Shown piece after piece: positions 1 through 33,729 of a stretch of 64,000 bases of DNA (positions within the stretch are counted from its first letter, which is position 1; each line of letters starts with the position of its first letter). The notes beneath the pieces were generated by a model. The model saw only the letters and a list, made by a program, of their open reading frames with translations. It did no database searches and was not told where the DNA came from. The position numbers and the translations under genes were made by a program. The DNA comes from Stegostoma tigrinum (lineage: Eukaryota): contig NC_081381.1 of the NCBI RefSeq assembly GCF_030684315.1, forward strand, positions 28,475,114 through 28,539,113, given 5' to 3'.

Positions 1-446
1 AGCACCGCTCCAAGTCTTCACCATTAATTTATAACAACTGAAGATGTGAATAAAACTGGCCACTTGTCACCAGTTAGCGTGATTTACCATTGTTTACTGC
101 CATTCTTCAGAGAGTTTGGTAACCGAAGTGCTGCAGCTGTGGCCGAAGACAATGTTACTGTAAAGTGGTCCAACTGTGTTTAACAGCAATTGTAACTATA
201 TTCCTTGCACAGGTCCAGTAACACCATGCCTTCCCCAATAGTCACAAAAGTGACATTCCAAAGACAAACACATTCATTTGCTGTGAAGAGCTTGGAAAGG
301 ACCTCTATATAGGGTTATTTTGTCTGTAATGTTAGGACACATTAACAGGTTCCTCAAATGTCAGTACATACCAATAAACTGCAATACCGCACACCTCTTG
401 CACCACTAGGTGAGACCCAGCCAATAAATCTGTTGAAGTTCTAAAC

Positions 447-452
447 TTTATT
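447..452 (-). terminator. candidate polyadenylation signal of MRTO4
   Basis: AATAAA on the minus strand about 130 nt past the stop codon. Confidence 0.55.
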
Positions 453-583
453 AAAAATGCTCACAAAATTCAATGTCCACATTTGCAATAGTTGTTCTCC
501 CAAATGACTGTGAAATTGTTCATTAGTCATTGAAGATTGACACTTTTGAAGTATGCAGGCTGAGCTCTTCAACTTGCATTCAG

Positions 584-721
584 TCACTCCTGCTCTTCCA
601 TCTCCTCCACCTTTTGCTTGTTCCTTCCATCAGTTGTCAGTTGCTCAAATTCACCAGTCTCAGAGTTCCACATGCAGTTTATTGTCACTTTGAAGGTTGC
701 CATTTCAACACCAAGCAGTTT
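584..721 (-). CDS. MRTO4: MRTO4 exon 8 (terminal coding)
   Basis: [27 protein letters not shown]...EEQE, stop TGA at 586-584. Confidence 0.92.
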   Translation of the reverse strand, partial: KLLGVEMATFKVTINCMWNSETGEFEQLTTDGRNKQKVEEMEEQE

Positions 722-3700
722 CTGCAGAAAAGACAGTGAACAGTGGGAATTGGTATCCATGTCACCAGTACTTGTATTTTTTTAAAACTCTAAATGCTGA
801 AAATTGGACAATTCTTTTGACTTGCAAATATGTTTTGCAACTTAATGGCAGGTTCCAGCTGGTCATAGTGACTTCAATACTTGCAAGCTAATTATTGAAA
901 ATAAAGACTAACCAGAAGACGTGCTTGTTCAGGGGTCAGCGAGGCACCTTCTTTACATACATCATAATCAGATAATAATGTCACAACACCTAGGAGAGAG
1001 ACCACAAGTGAAATCCAACTACTGTTGACTGTTCCAAATCTTATTCTTTCCTCTATGACAGTAGAAAATTAGATCACCAGCTACTATGTCATTGTCAGTT
1101 TGCATAAATTGCTATTGTTTACTACCATACCTTTCTTCAGAGTGGTTGGTAACCCAAGCTGTCGCAATTGTGGCTCAAGAGAGTGTGTGAACTGTGGCAG
1201 GGGCCCAGCATCGAGTGTAACGGCCATTGTAGCTACATTCCCAGCACGAGCAAAATCAGACTCTGTGTACTGCTCAAACCACCTACCAATTTGGGAAAGA
1301 CAGCATGTTACTCAGTAGAAAGACTAAAGAATTAAAAAGGAGTGGGAGTAGCTAAAGCAGGTCAAAGGAAGTGGACAGAAAAAAAGACTCACTTGATCAC
1401 TTGCACTTTTGTTCGATTAGTGAACAGAAGACCAACTTCACCTTGCAACTGCTTGCTGACCTAGAGAGAGAAAAGATTCTGCAGATGCTGGTAGTATTCA
1501 GATCAGGCTGCATTGGGAGAATGCAATGCAGGATTAATATTTCACAAAGACCTTTCACCGTAACTGAGGCAAGACAAACTTGAAACATTAACCCATGAAA
1601 CAAGTTTTCATTATGGAAATTTAAACTCAAAAGATGATTCTCTGGTCACAAACACGGCCAATTCAGAAAGCATACCTTGTGCAAACCATCCTTGTATTCA
1701 TCTGCTGGTTCTTTTCCCAGTGCCACCATCATCACTTTGTTTTTACCAAAGAAAAACCTGTTTAAGCACAGAACAATAGTTTCACACTTAAAACTGATAG
1801 CAATGATAAGAGTACATAAAAATGAAGTCAAGCTATTTACATCACTAGGTAATTGGTGAAGAGGGAAGAGACAGTCGAGATAATGAACATGCATTCAATT
1901 TGCAGAATCTAACAAGTGGTTCAGAATATTCTGAAGAGGTATCATACCCTGTCTCTCATCATGAATGCTGTCATACAGGAGTTCCCGCAGCACTTTGTTT
2001 TTATCCCAGATTTCCAACACCCACAGTATTTTGCTTTTACATATCTAAGTTTCCTTGGAACTAAATTAGGTAATGCAGTAAGTAACATCGGTAGCAATAA
2101 AAGGCCTTGAAATGGACAATGTTAGATTTAAGTGGATAAATCAATGGCAAAGGAATGTGGTGTTCACATTGAAACCAAAGCAGTGAAGTCAGAACATTTT
2201 TCAAATGAAAAGAATCTTGGAATTGAAAGGTAATAGGGATTTCATTAACTGAAGCTGATAAGATTTATGTCAGAGGTGGGCAACAAGGCGCCAACATGGA
2301 TTCAAGCCAGTGAGACAGAGGCTGAAATAGCCTCGTTTGTGACAGGAGTTTATTAACCACTCAGTCTAACAGCTCCTTACACACAACCATGCCAACAGCT
2401 TCCCATTTTTATCTACAGTCAGTTAATTGATTTATTAACGCCCATTTTTGCTTCACTACTTGCTGTATTAACATATTGCCCTCTTATCATAAGAGGTCTT
2501 ATGGTGCAATAGCAATTCCCCTTGAGCCAGATGGTTTGGATTTAAATCTCACTCATCCGTGAGGTTTGCCATAGCATGTCCAAAATGGTTGACTTAAAAT
2601 AACTTGTGGTGCAGTGGTAGTGTGTCCCTTTCCCTGGGCTAAAAAGCTGGGTTCAAATTTCACTTCAGGATTTGATGGTCATGGAGATGCTATATCAGAT
2701 TGAGGAGAGAAAATCCCCTTGTCTTTTGAATATATACAAATCAACCCTTGGCTAAAACTACACGAAGTAAATATGATTTCACATAGTTTACAATATAACT
2801 GATCACAATAACTTTTTTTATGTTCTACACAATACAAACCTTTCATATTTCCTTTTCTTTGAACGTAAGTAATTTAGTCACAAAGTGACTGAAACAAAAA
2901 TTGATATTTTTCCCTTGTATTTTTGTTAGTCCTCACAGAGTCAGGTGTTCTTTTTCAAGAATTTCCAATAATTTCTCTAGAGCAAGCAGTTTTTCAGAAA
3001 CATTCTGACAACTGCTATCACATACCAATCCACTTAAGACCCTTTAGTGAACATACATTATCCTAATCCGTTATCCACATAACATTCTATAGGCAAACTT
3101 CTCCCAGACTGGAAATCTTACATTAAGATTTATTTTAGAATTTCAGACAAATATCTCCCCGTTGTTACAATTTCTACCATTGTCAAAGATTGGCTACTTT
3201 TAACTAATGTTTATTTTCTTGGCTTCCCAAGGTAATGGATAACATTTATTCATTCCTACAAGTAGATGATAAATCTGGCCATACTTGAACAGATACCTAG
3301 GTGATTGGAATATGGATATGAAGCTTTGCTATAAAAAGGACAAGCTTCATGTCTTTGGGTGACCCAAAGAGAAAATAAATTTATATGTTTCGTACTTATT
3401 TCAGAATCCCCTTCCCCTCTCCCATTTCTGAAGAGTCCAGACCCAAAACGTTAGCTTTCCTGCTCTTCTGATGTTGCTCGGCCTGCTACGTTCATCCAGC
3501 TCTACACCTTGTTATAACAGATTCTCCAGCCTCGGCAGTTCCTACTATCTCTCTCCCCACGTTGTATTGTCTGCTTTATTTTCTAGAGGTAGCTCCATTC
3601 TCACTCTCTTCTGTAATGATTCTCTTTTCATGTTGATGCTTATAATCTATATTTGGGCAATCTGGAGTTGCTGCCCTCCATCCTTTGTGCTATCGCTGAA

Positions 3701-6700
3701 GTAGTTGAGCCACGACAGCTCCTAAGCCTGAACATTTTCCCTTTAGATTTAGTTATGAAAATTACTGACATCTTGAGGTTGGTTGATTTGCCAAGGTGAT
3801 TTGTTGTTCCGCAGGCGTTTCGTTACCATGCTGGGTAACATCATCAGTGCAGCCTCCAATGAAGCGTTGGTGTGTTTTCCTGCCTGGTCTTTAAACTCTG
3901 GGGTCTGTTGAGATGGATTGCTTCACTGCCAGTTTTCCTGTGTCGTGGATTCCTTCGTATCCATACTCAGTCATCTCAATCCACATGGATAAGGAGAACC
4001 ACCAATTTGACTGGAACACCACCAAAATCCTGGGACAAGCTAAGCAGAGCCTGGCACTCCACAAAGAAAGCCATTAATAAACACATTGAACTGGACCCCA
4101 TATACACTCCAATATGAAGGAAAACCAGAAGTGAGGCAATTCAGCTCAACGGACTCCAGAGTTTAAAAACCAGGTGAGAAAACACACCAACGCTTCATCG
4201 GAGGCTGCACTGATGTTGTTACCAAGCATGGTAACAAAACGTCTGCGGAACAACAAACCAGCTTGGCCAGCCAACCAACCTCAACACCCACAACCCAAGC
4301 TACAAGTCTACCCCAGAACCTTTGTTACTGACATCTCTTCTAAAAGTGCCTTTCCTTCTGAAAATCTAACTCCAATTCAAACTAGGAGGCTATCTATTTA
4401 CAAAACCTACACACATCCCAACAACTGGGGAGGCAATGGCATGGTGGTATTATTGCTGGACTGTTAATCCAGAGACCCAGATAACGTTCTGGAGACCTAA
4501 GTTCAAATCCCACCACGGCAGACAGTGGAATTTGAATTCAATGAATATCTGGGATTAAGAGTCTAATAAATCCATTGCCAATTGCCAGGAAACATCCATC
4601 TGTTTCGCTAATGTCCTTCAAGGGAGGAAACAGCCATCCTTACCTGGTCAGGCCTACGTGTGACTCCAGACCCACAGGACTGTGGCTGACTCTGAACTCT
4701 GGACAATTAGGGATGGACAATAAATGCTGCCTGGCCAGCAATGCCCTCATCCCGTAAATGAATAAAGAAAAACACCTGAAAGGCAAGCTCTGAATTAGGA
4801 ATTCCTAAGGAGCTTTTTTCTTACAACAATCTTGTGTATCATCTGTCGAATCAGATTCTGTTTATTTCTAAGAATATCAATCATCCTTTCTAAATTTATC
4901 AAAGGCTGACCATGCCTCAGATACACTCAATAGATCATATTTCTTATAAATTGTGTCCATAAATTTTAATAGAATTTCAAAACCTACCTCCGTGTCCAAT
5001 TGTTGAGTTGCTAATTCTAAATACTTTACATCTGATCCAATTTCTAGTAGGAATTTGCAAACCTAGGACCATTTCTTTTTCTAAAAAAAGAGGGTGGCCC
5101 ATATATTCACTTAATTCTTTTCCATTAACCATGTAATTCAGCTTCACATGACATTGGTGGGAAACCAGACCCTTACAGACTTGGTTTCAGTCATTCTTCT
5201 CAAATATAATAATTCCAGCTATAATTTTCTGACCAAAAAGAAATTAGTTTCCCATCTTCACTTTTAAGCAACAGGCTTCAGCTAAATATCACTTCAGATC
5301 AAAACAAATAACCTTTCTTTGTGAAGAGAGTTTATTAAACTACTCAATTTTATATTTCATGACAGACAGCAGTTCTACCTGTTACTCATGTTTACATCCA
5401 CCCAGTCAGTCAATCTATCAATTAACTTCAATCACCTGCTTAACTACTTGCATTTCCCTTCCTCCCTACACCTCCCCCACACCCCCCCCCCCCCCACCTC
5501 TATTCATTCATGGATTATGGGCTTCACTGGCTGGGCCAGAGTTTGTTGCCTGTCCTTAACTGCCTTTGAAAAGGTGGTGATGAATAGCTTGAACTGTTGC
5601 CATTCAATTGTTATGGAAACACCCACAATATTATATGGGAGTCTTCATGAATTTCTTCAGTGCATCTTGTAGATGGTACACTGCTAGGTGCACAAAGGAC
5701 CAAAAACATGAGAGGTAAGTAAAGTTAAGACATACATCAGCTACAATCTAATGCAATGGCAAAATGAGCTCAAGATTATGATTGGTTACTATAATTCCTA
5801 CATTCCATAATTGGATAACGAAACTAAAAAGTAAATGTTCAGTACCCATTCTCCTTCAGCTAATACGTCTCTGGGGCAGGTGGTTTTCATGTCAATGACT
5901 CACCGGCTATGCTTCCAAGCACTCCGCATATCCTTCAATTTGTTATTTCGCATATTCTCAACAGAAAAGACAAATAGATTCTTGTAGGTGTCCACACATT
6001 TTCGTAACTTCAAAACAAAAACCAAGATTCAACTGAGCACTAGCAATAAGGGTTCAACTAGACTGTCTGCACGGTTAATCAATTTTCCACCAAATGTTTT
6101 ATTAATTTTAGTGAAGAATTAATTAACCTTAATAACTTGCATGTATATGCATCTCTTAAGGAGAGGCTGAACAGGTTATGACTGAGAAATGACCTTATAG
6201 AATCGGGGGTCATGGATAGGGTGAACAATCAAGGACTTTTTACCAGGGTAGGTGAGTCCAGAAGTAGAGGGCATTGGTTTAGGTGAGAGGGGAAAGATTT
6301 CAAAGGGATTGGGGGCGGGGGGGGGGCAATATTTTCATGCAGCGGGTGAAACATGTATGGAACAAGCTGCCAGAGGGGTGGAAGAAGTGGCACAATTACA
6401 ACATTTAAAAGGCATCTGGATAGGAAGGGTTTAAGAGTTGTATGGGCCAAATGCTTGCAAATGGGACTAGATTATTTTATGATATCTGGTTAGTGGTGTA
6501 TAACTCTATAATTCCCTGACTATAAGAAAATATCCAAACACATTTCACGTGACTACCACACAGCAATAGATACATGGCTATTAATCTCACAAAAGGATAT
6601 CAGAGCAGGTGACTAAAAACTGTACAAAGCTAGGTTTTACAGGGTGTCTTTAAAGAATTACAGACGTTTATCTTTGGAACATAAGTCAAGTGCATGACCA

Positions 6701-9482
6701 TTAACACTGGTACAAAGATTACAGAGATAGGGAGCAGTGAGCCCATGGAGAAATTTGGACATGAGGATGAGTATTAACAGTTTCAGGTACTGCTGAACAG
6801 GGTCCACCGTAGGTTAGCATGGATATTGATGATGGGCAAGTGGGATTTGGAGTAATTCAAAAAATGGTAATGCAGTGCAAATTTTCAATGACCATAGAAG
6901 ACCATAAGACATAGGAGTGGAAGCAAGGCCATTCAGCCCATCAAGTCCACTCTGCCATTTAAATCATGGCTGATGGGCATTTCAATACCACTTCCCTGCA
7001 CTCACCCGTAGCCCTCGATTCCTTCTGAGATCAAGAATTTGTCGATCTCTGCCTTGAAGGCATCCAACATCCCGGCCTCCACTGCACTCTGCGGCAATGA
7101 ATTCCACAAGCCCACCGCTTTCTGACTGAAGAAATGTCGTCTCATTTCAGTTTTAAATTTACCCCCTCTAATTTTAAGGCTGTGCCCACGGGTCCTAATC
7201 TCCCCGCCTAACGGAAACAACTTCCTAGCATCCACCCCTTCTAAACCATACGTTATCTTGTAAGTTTCTATTAGATCTCCCCTCAACCTTCTCCAGTGGA
7301 GTTTAGTACAATCCCAGGATCCTTAGCCGTTCATCATACGTTAAACCTACCATTCCAGGGATCATCCGTGTGAATCTCCGCTGGACATGCTCTAGGGCTA
7401 GAATGTCCTTCCTAAGGTGTGGGGCCCAAAATTGGACACAGTATTCTAAATGGGGCCTAACTAGAGCCTTATAAAGCCTCAGAAGCACATCGCTGCTTTT
7501 ATATTCCAACCCTCTTGAGATAAACGACGACATTACATTCGCTTTCTTAATTACGGACGCTACCTGCAAGTTAACCTTTAGAGAATCTTGGACCAACACT
7601 CCCAGATCCCTTTGCACTTCTGATTTGCAAATTTTCTCACCATTTAGAAAATAGTCCATGCCTGTATTCTTTTTTCCAAAGTGCAAAAACTCACATTTAC
7701 TCATATTGAATTTCATCAGCCATTTCCTGGACCACTCTCCCAAACTGTCTAAATCTTTCTGCAGCTTCCCCACGTCCTCAGTACTACCTGCCTGTCCACC
7801 TAACTTCGCATCATCGGCAAACTTCGCCAGAATGCCCCCAGTCCCTTCATCCAGATCATTAATATATAAGGTGAACAGCTGTGGCCCTAACACTGAACCC
7901 TGCGGGATACCACTCGTCACCAGTTGCCATTCCGAAGAAGAGCCTTTTATCCCAACTCTCTGCCTTCTGTCAGACAGCCAATCCTCAATCCAAGCCAGTA
8001 GCTCACCTCGAACACCATAGGCCCTCACCTTGCTCAGCAGCCTCCTGTGAGGCACTGTATCAAAGGCCTTTTGGAAGTCTAGATAGATAACATCTACTGG
8101 GTTTCCCTGGTCTAACATACTTGTTACCTCTTCAAAAGAATTCTAACAGGTTTGTCAGGCACACCCTCCCCTTAGTAAAACCATGCTGACTTGTTTTAAT
8201 CTGACCCTGCGCTTCCAGGAAATTAGAAATCGCATCCCTGACAATGGATTCTAGAATTTTACCAACTACCGAGGTTAGGCTAATTAGCCTATAATTTTCC
8301 ATCTTTTGCCTTGATCCTTTCTTAAACAAGGGAGTTACAACAGCAATTTTCCAATCATCTGGGACTTTTTCTGACTCCAGTGACTTTTGAAAGATCACGA
8401 CCAAAGCCTCAGCTTTGGAACAGACATTGGAATAGACACAGGGGTCTATTCAGTAGACAGGCTAAGGAAGGGCAGTAACTGTTTTTAATGGGTGTGAAGA
8501 AGTCAATGAAAATGGACGGGAAACAGAAAGTCTGGTGTTCAGCAAGACAGGGATAAGAAGAATCTTAACTCAGTGAGAAAAGGGATCAGCAGAGGTCAAA
8601 TGTTACTGTCTGCAGTTCATAGTCTCCTCATACTTAGAGGAGAGGAATAGATGACCAAAGGAAAATGGGATAGTGGCATTCAAAGAGATAATCAGAAATC
8701 GACAAGCCAAGGATTATTTTGTTAGGATCCAACCAGATCTTGCCAATGGCTTGCAGCTGTAGAGAACAAGAATGAGATAGTAAGAACTGCCGATGCTGGA
8801 ATCAGAGATAACAGTGTGGAGCAAGAGGAGCATAGCAGGCCAGGCAGCAGCAGACGTGCAGGAAAGTTGACGTTTCGGGTCGGGATCCTTCTTCAGAACT
8901 GGGGTTTCTGAAGGGTCCCGATCTGAAATGTCAACGTTCCTGCTGCCTGCCCTCTAAGCTCCTCCAGCTCCACAACGAGAACAAGAATGAGTTGTTCCAG
9001 GACAAGGGATAAGAGAGGGTTTTACAGGAGATAAATAAAAAGATGGTTAAGCATTCTTGAGCAAATCGATGTTTTGGTGGACCATGGGTCAAAGACTAAA
9101 CAGTTGGGAATTATTTTTAAGGTTTCGAGGACGAGATGTGGTGGGGAAAGAGACCCCTCTCAGAAGGCCAGGCTTAAGACAGAGGGATTGGGAGCAGAGA
9201 ACGGGATGGACTGGAGGCCAGTTTGAATCGACAGTATGACCGTTGACTCACCTCCTCGATCAGGTTCTGTTTGACTTGTAATCCTTTCTTCGTTGTTTTA
9301 GTCAAAGAAACTGCAGAAATAATACAAGGATTAAGATTATCGAACCATTCAGGCTGAACCTAATGTAAATTCTATGTCCAGATTTGTGGAGAATCACGGA
9401 CTTCAAAATCTGTCAAATTTAATAATTAATCCCAAAACAGGCGTGAGCCCCTACCCCGCTTATCTCGCCGTGATCGCGGCAT
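584..9482 (-). CDS. MRTO4: mRNA turnover protein 4 homolog (ribosome assembly factor Mrt4); whole-gene span, 8 coding exons, 235 aa
   Basis: Exons 9455-9482, 9252-9310, 5904-6007, 1676-1757, 1393-1460, 1131-1282, 913-989 and 584-721 splice (all GT-AG) to 708 nt: [19 protein letters not shown]...[14 protein letters not shown]...[11 protein letters not shown]...EEQE*. Matches recalled vertebrate MRTO4. Confidence 0.96.
913..989 (-). CDS. MRTO4: MRTO4 exon 7
   Basis: [25 protein letters not shown]; TAG/GTTAGT. Confidence 0.93.
1131..1282 (-). CDS. MRTO4: MRTO4 exon 6
   Basis: [15 protein letters not shown]...[18 protein letters not shown]; TAG/GTATG. Confidence 0.94.
1393..1460 (-). CDS. MRTO4: MRTO4 exon 5
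   Basis: [22 protein letters not shown]; TAG/GTGAGT. Confidence 0.93.
1676..1757 (-). CDS. MRTO4: MRTO4 exon 4
   Basis: [27 protein letters not shown]; CAG/GTATG. Confidence 0.94.
3400..3552 (+). mobile_element. degenerate Penelope-like pLTR (family A)
   Basis: CTGAAGAG..CCAGACCCAAAACGTTAGCTTTCCTGCTC...TTCATCCAGC, similar to the other copies in the window. Confidence 0.65.
3774..4324 (+). mobile_element. Penelope-like element remnant (family C) with inverted 5' pLTR and hammerhead motifs
   Basis: 3774-~3940 is the reverse complement of ~4118-4292. The middle encodes a frameshifted endonuclease C-terminus ([14 protein letters not shown] / WHS...[12 protein letters not shown]). 12-bp TSD TTACTGACATCT. 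Confidence 0.75.
3809..3852 (-). ncRNA. type I hammerhead ribozyme motif (cleavage triplet mutated)
   Basis: CUGCA-CUGAUGA-U-GUUACC(CAGCAU)GGUAAC-GAAA-C-GCC-UGCGG. Confidence 0.6.
4427..4772 (+). mobile_element. Deu-domain (SacSINE1-like) SINE
   Basis: tRNA-like head, CTAATGTCCTT..GGGAGGAAAC..CCTTACCTGGTC..CCTAC.TGTGACTCCAGA core, TGAATAAA tail. Confidence 0.7.
5904..6007 (-). CDS. MRTO4: MRTO4 exon 3
   Basis: [34 protein letters not shown]; AG/GTGAGT. Confidence 0.93.
6155..6510 (+). mobile_element. CR1 LINE 3' fragment
   Basis: GGATAGGGTGAA...TAGAGGGCAT..TTTAGGTGAGAGGGG-type CR1 3' end. Confidence 0.65.
6891..8413 (-). mobile_element. 5'-truncated CR1-clade LINE (RT domain, frameshifted)
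   Basis: ORFs 8132-8404, 7303-8118 and 7002-7286: [45 protein letters not shown]; short-repeat 3' tail. Confidence 0.93.
8777..8976. mobile_element. palindromic Penelope-like pLTR pair (family A)
   Basis: Inverted halves centred near 8903; 15-bp TSD GAGAACAAGAATGAG at 8762-8776 and 8977-8991. Confidence 0.78.
9252..9310 (-). CDS. MRTO4: MRTO4 exon 2
   Basis: [19 protein letters not shown]; CAG acceptor, GTGAGT donor. Confidence 0.93.
9455..9482 (-). CDS. MRTO4: MRTO4 coding exon 1
   Basis: [12 protein letters not shown](V), donor GTAGGG. Confidence 0.9.
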
Positions 9483-10239
9483 GTTGTCAGGACCGGGTCG
9501 CTTGCAATCCCTCTCTCTCCGCTCCGGGTGAGGGGGCTGGGTCTCCCTCTCTCCCCGCTCCGGGTGAGGGGGCTGGGTCTCCCTCTCTCCCCGCTCCGGG
9601 TGAGGGGGCTGGGTCTCCCTCTCTCCCCGCTCCGGGTGAGGGGGCTGGGTCTCCCTCTCTCCCCGCTCCGGGTGAGGGGGCTGGGTCTCCCTCTCTCCCC
9701 GCTCCGGGTGAGGGGGCTGGGTCTCCCTCTCTCCCCGCTCCGGGTGAGGGGGCTGAGTCTCCCTCTCTCCCCGCTCCGGGTGAGGGGGCTGGGTCTCCCT
9801 CTCTCCCCGCTCCGGGTGAGGGGGCTGGGTCTCCCTCTCTCCCCGCTCCGGGTGAGGGGCCTGGGTCTCCCTCTATCCCCGCTCCGGGTGACAAAACATG
9901 CGGCCACCACACACACTCTCTCACGCCGAACGCTCAGGACCCTCTTTCCCGGGGTATTATGGGACTAATAGCGCCCTCACTCCGCCTGTATATTTACATG
10001 GTATAAAAACAACTCCGAGACATCAGATAAGTTATAACAAGTCAGATTTATTGATTCATCCTTGTAAAACAACTTCTGAATAGTGCTTAAAGCTGCACAA
10101 CCGTGTCCGCACATAAAAACCTGCTGAGCGGGAAATCGCGTTTTCTGGGATGTTGGAGGACCAAACTTTTGCGAGCATGCTGGGATTTTGGAGGACCGTT
10201 CTCTCTGTACATTCTGGGATATTGGAGGACCGAGCAGTG
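9483..10239. promoter_or_regulatory. MRTO4/EMC1 bidirectional CpG-rich promoter
   Basis: Divergent ATGs 757 bp apart; CpG-rich; ZNF143/Staf-like motifs at about 9950-9964 and 10137-10232. Confidence 0.8.
9509..9891. repeat. 36-bp GC-rich minisatellite, about 10.6 copies
   Basis: Unit CCCTCTCTCCCCGCTCCGGGTGAGGGGGCTGGGTCT with very few variant positions. Confidence 0.97.
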
Positions 10240-32312
<22,073 letters not shown>

Positions 32313-33723
32313 ATATCTTCGGCAATGAAGAAAGTGATGTCTTGGAGAGCGGAACAGAAGTTGGGTACAACTTTAATCAGGGATCCCGATAGAGTTGATG
32401 CCCATGTACATACAATGTATATTTTTTGTAACACACTCTCACTACGAGAAGCAGAGCGATGGACACTTTCAGAAGTAGATTTTTAAAAAAAGAAATTGGT
32501 TTAATTGCTGTAAAAAAATAATTGAACTGTTTCTATTAATCAGAACTTTTTTTTGAGACGAAAGGTATTTTTGTTCTTGCAGAGCTTGGAGTTAATAGAG
32601 GAGCTGTTGAAAGTGGTATGTTATGAATAATAGAAAAGCTGAACTTGAATGTTTCCCAAAACTGTGCTTTAATCTTTGAGCTTTTGTTGTGTTTTTGAAC
32701 TAGTTGATATTTAACAATAGAACATGGATGTTGCATCCTGCTCAGGTTCCCCTTTGAACATGAATGCTGGAGACTAGTTTCATGTGTTCAATCACTGGAC
32801 AGAAGACCTCAGTCTTGTACACAACTTAAGTTGTCCACCATTCTGGTTTGTTTCCTTAGCCATTGTTCCTAACGTTCCTTTGTGTGACAGGATGTGAAAT
32901 ATTGTCAAAACGGCTTGTCTGTAATTCTGAGGCACTGCCACCAGATGTTGCTTGAATTGTCTTTTTCATCTGGATGGGCACTGGTTCCACACAGTGTATG
33001 GAGGTTGTACTGCATCCTTTGTCCTTGGGCATTATCTTCGGTTCCAACACTCCGAAGTGGACAGTAAATTGGCAAATTTTATTTTAGTGCCATGATTATG
33101 TTGATCTCCTCCCTGTGTAATTAACAGTCCCATTTTTGCAGTTTTGCATGTTGATGGTATTCATGAGGAGTGGTTGATTGATGATTGCTGAATGAGTATT
33201 TACATTAATTTCAAATAGTTGCTGTTAACTGTTTTGATTGAAATTTTGAAGTTTGTGTGAGGGAGTTGTGGGGTATGGGTGCATGTATCTTGAGTGTCAA
33301 CTGACAAATGTCTTGAAATACAAACAATACAGAAAAAGTTAACAGTTGCAACTTGCAAGTGTACCCTAGGAATAGAGGATTTTGATTGTTGATTATTTTA
33401 AGTTATGGATGTTTAGTATTTAACTCCTGAAAACCTTGACTGGATTTTAGAGCCAACTTAAAATGTGCAATGGATGAGTGAGTGAACAGGTTTAATGCCT
33501 GGTGTGTGAATATCTGAGATTCTAATCATGTGCCCAAGTTTCAGCATTGTTTTTCAGGAAACAGGGTCAGAGTGACTGATCTTTTGTTAGTTACATGTCT
33601 TCTTTCCCGTTCCTGTAATTTTATTGAAGTTGCATCAAAAACATTGATACTTGAAACTGATACATGAAAATTCGTTAAATAGTAAATATTAATTTGTTTT
33701 ATGAGTTGTTTTTGAAACCACTG

Positions 33724-33729
33724 AATAAA
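33724..33729 (+). terminator. candidate polyadenylation signal of EMC1 (about 1.4 kb 3'UTR)
   Basis: AATAAA followed about 20 nt later by the GU/U-rich tract TGTGTTTTTTT. Confidence 0.6.

Noticed and set aside
49-428. Three plus-strand AATAAA hexamers (49, 373, 423) as the end of a convergent gene
   Set aside because: No coding exon is visible in the window, and hexamers are common in AT-rich DNA; this cannot be supported.
7658-8020. Plus-strand ORFs within LINEs (also 55637-56215)
   Set aside because: Antisense shadow frames of the CR1 reverse transcriptase.
9509-9891. 36-bp repeats as a CRISPR array
   Set aside because: Head-to-tail repeats with no unique spacers, no cas genes, and a vertebrate context.
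9374-10006. Four overlapping 145-210 aa ORFs (SPSLPAPGEGAG repeats etc.)
   Set aside because: They are translations of the stop-free 36-bp minisatellite in the promoter; there is no evidence of a protein.
10150-10239. In-frame upstream ATGs (10150, 10177) extending EMC1
   Set aside because: They lie within the promoter motif repeats. ATG 10240 gives a normal signal peptide before YEDQVGK.
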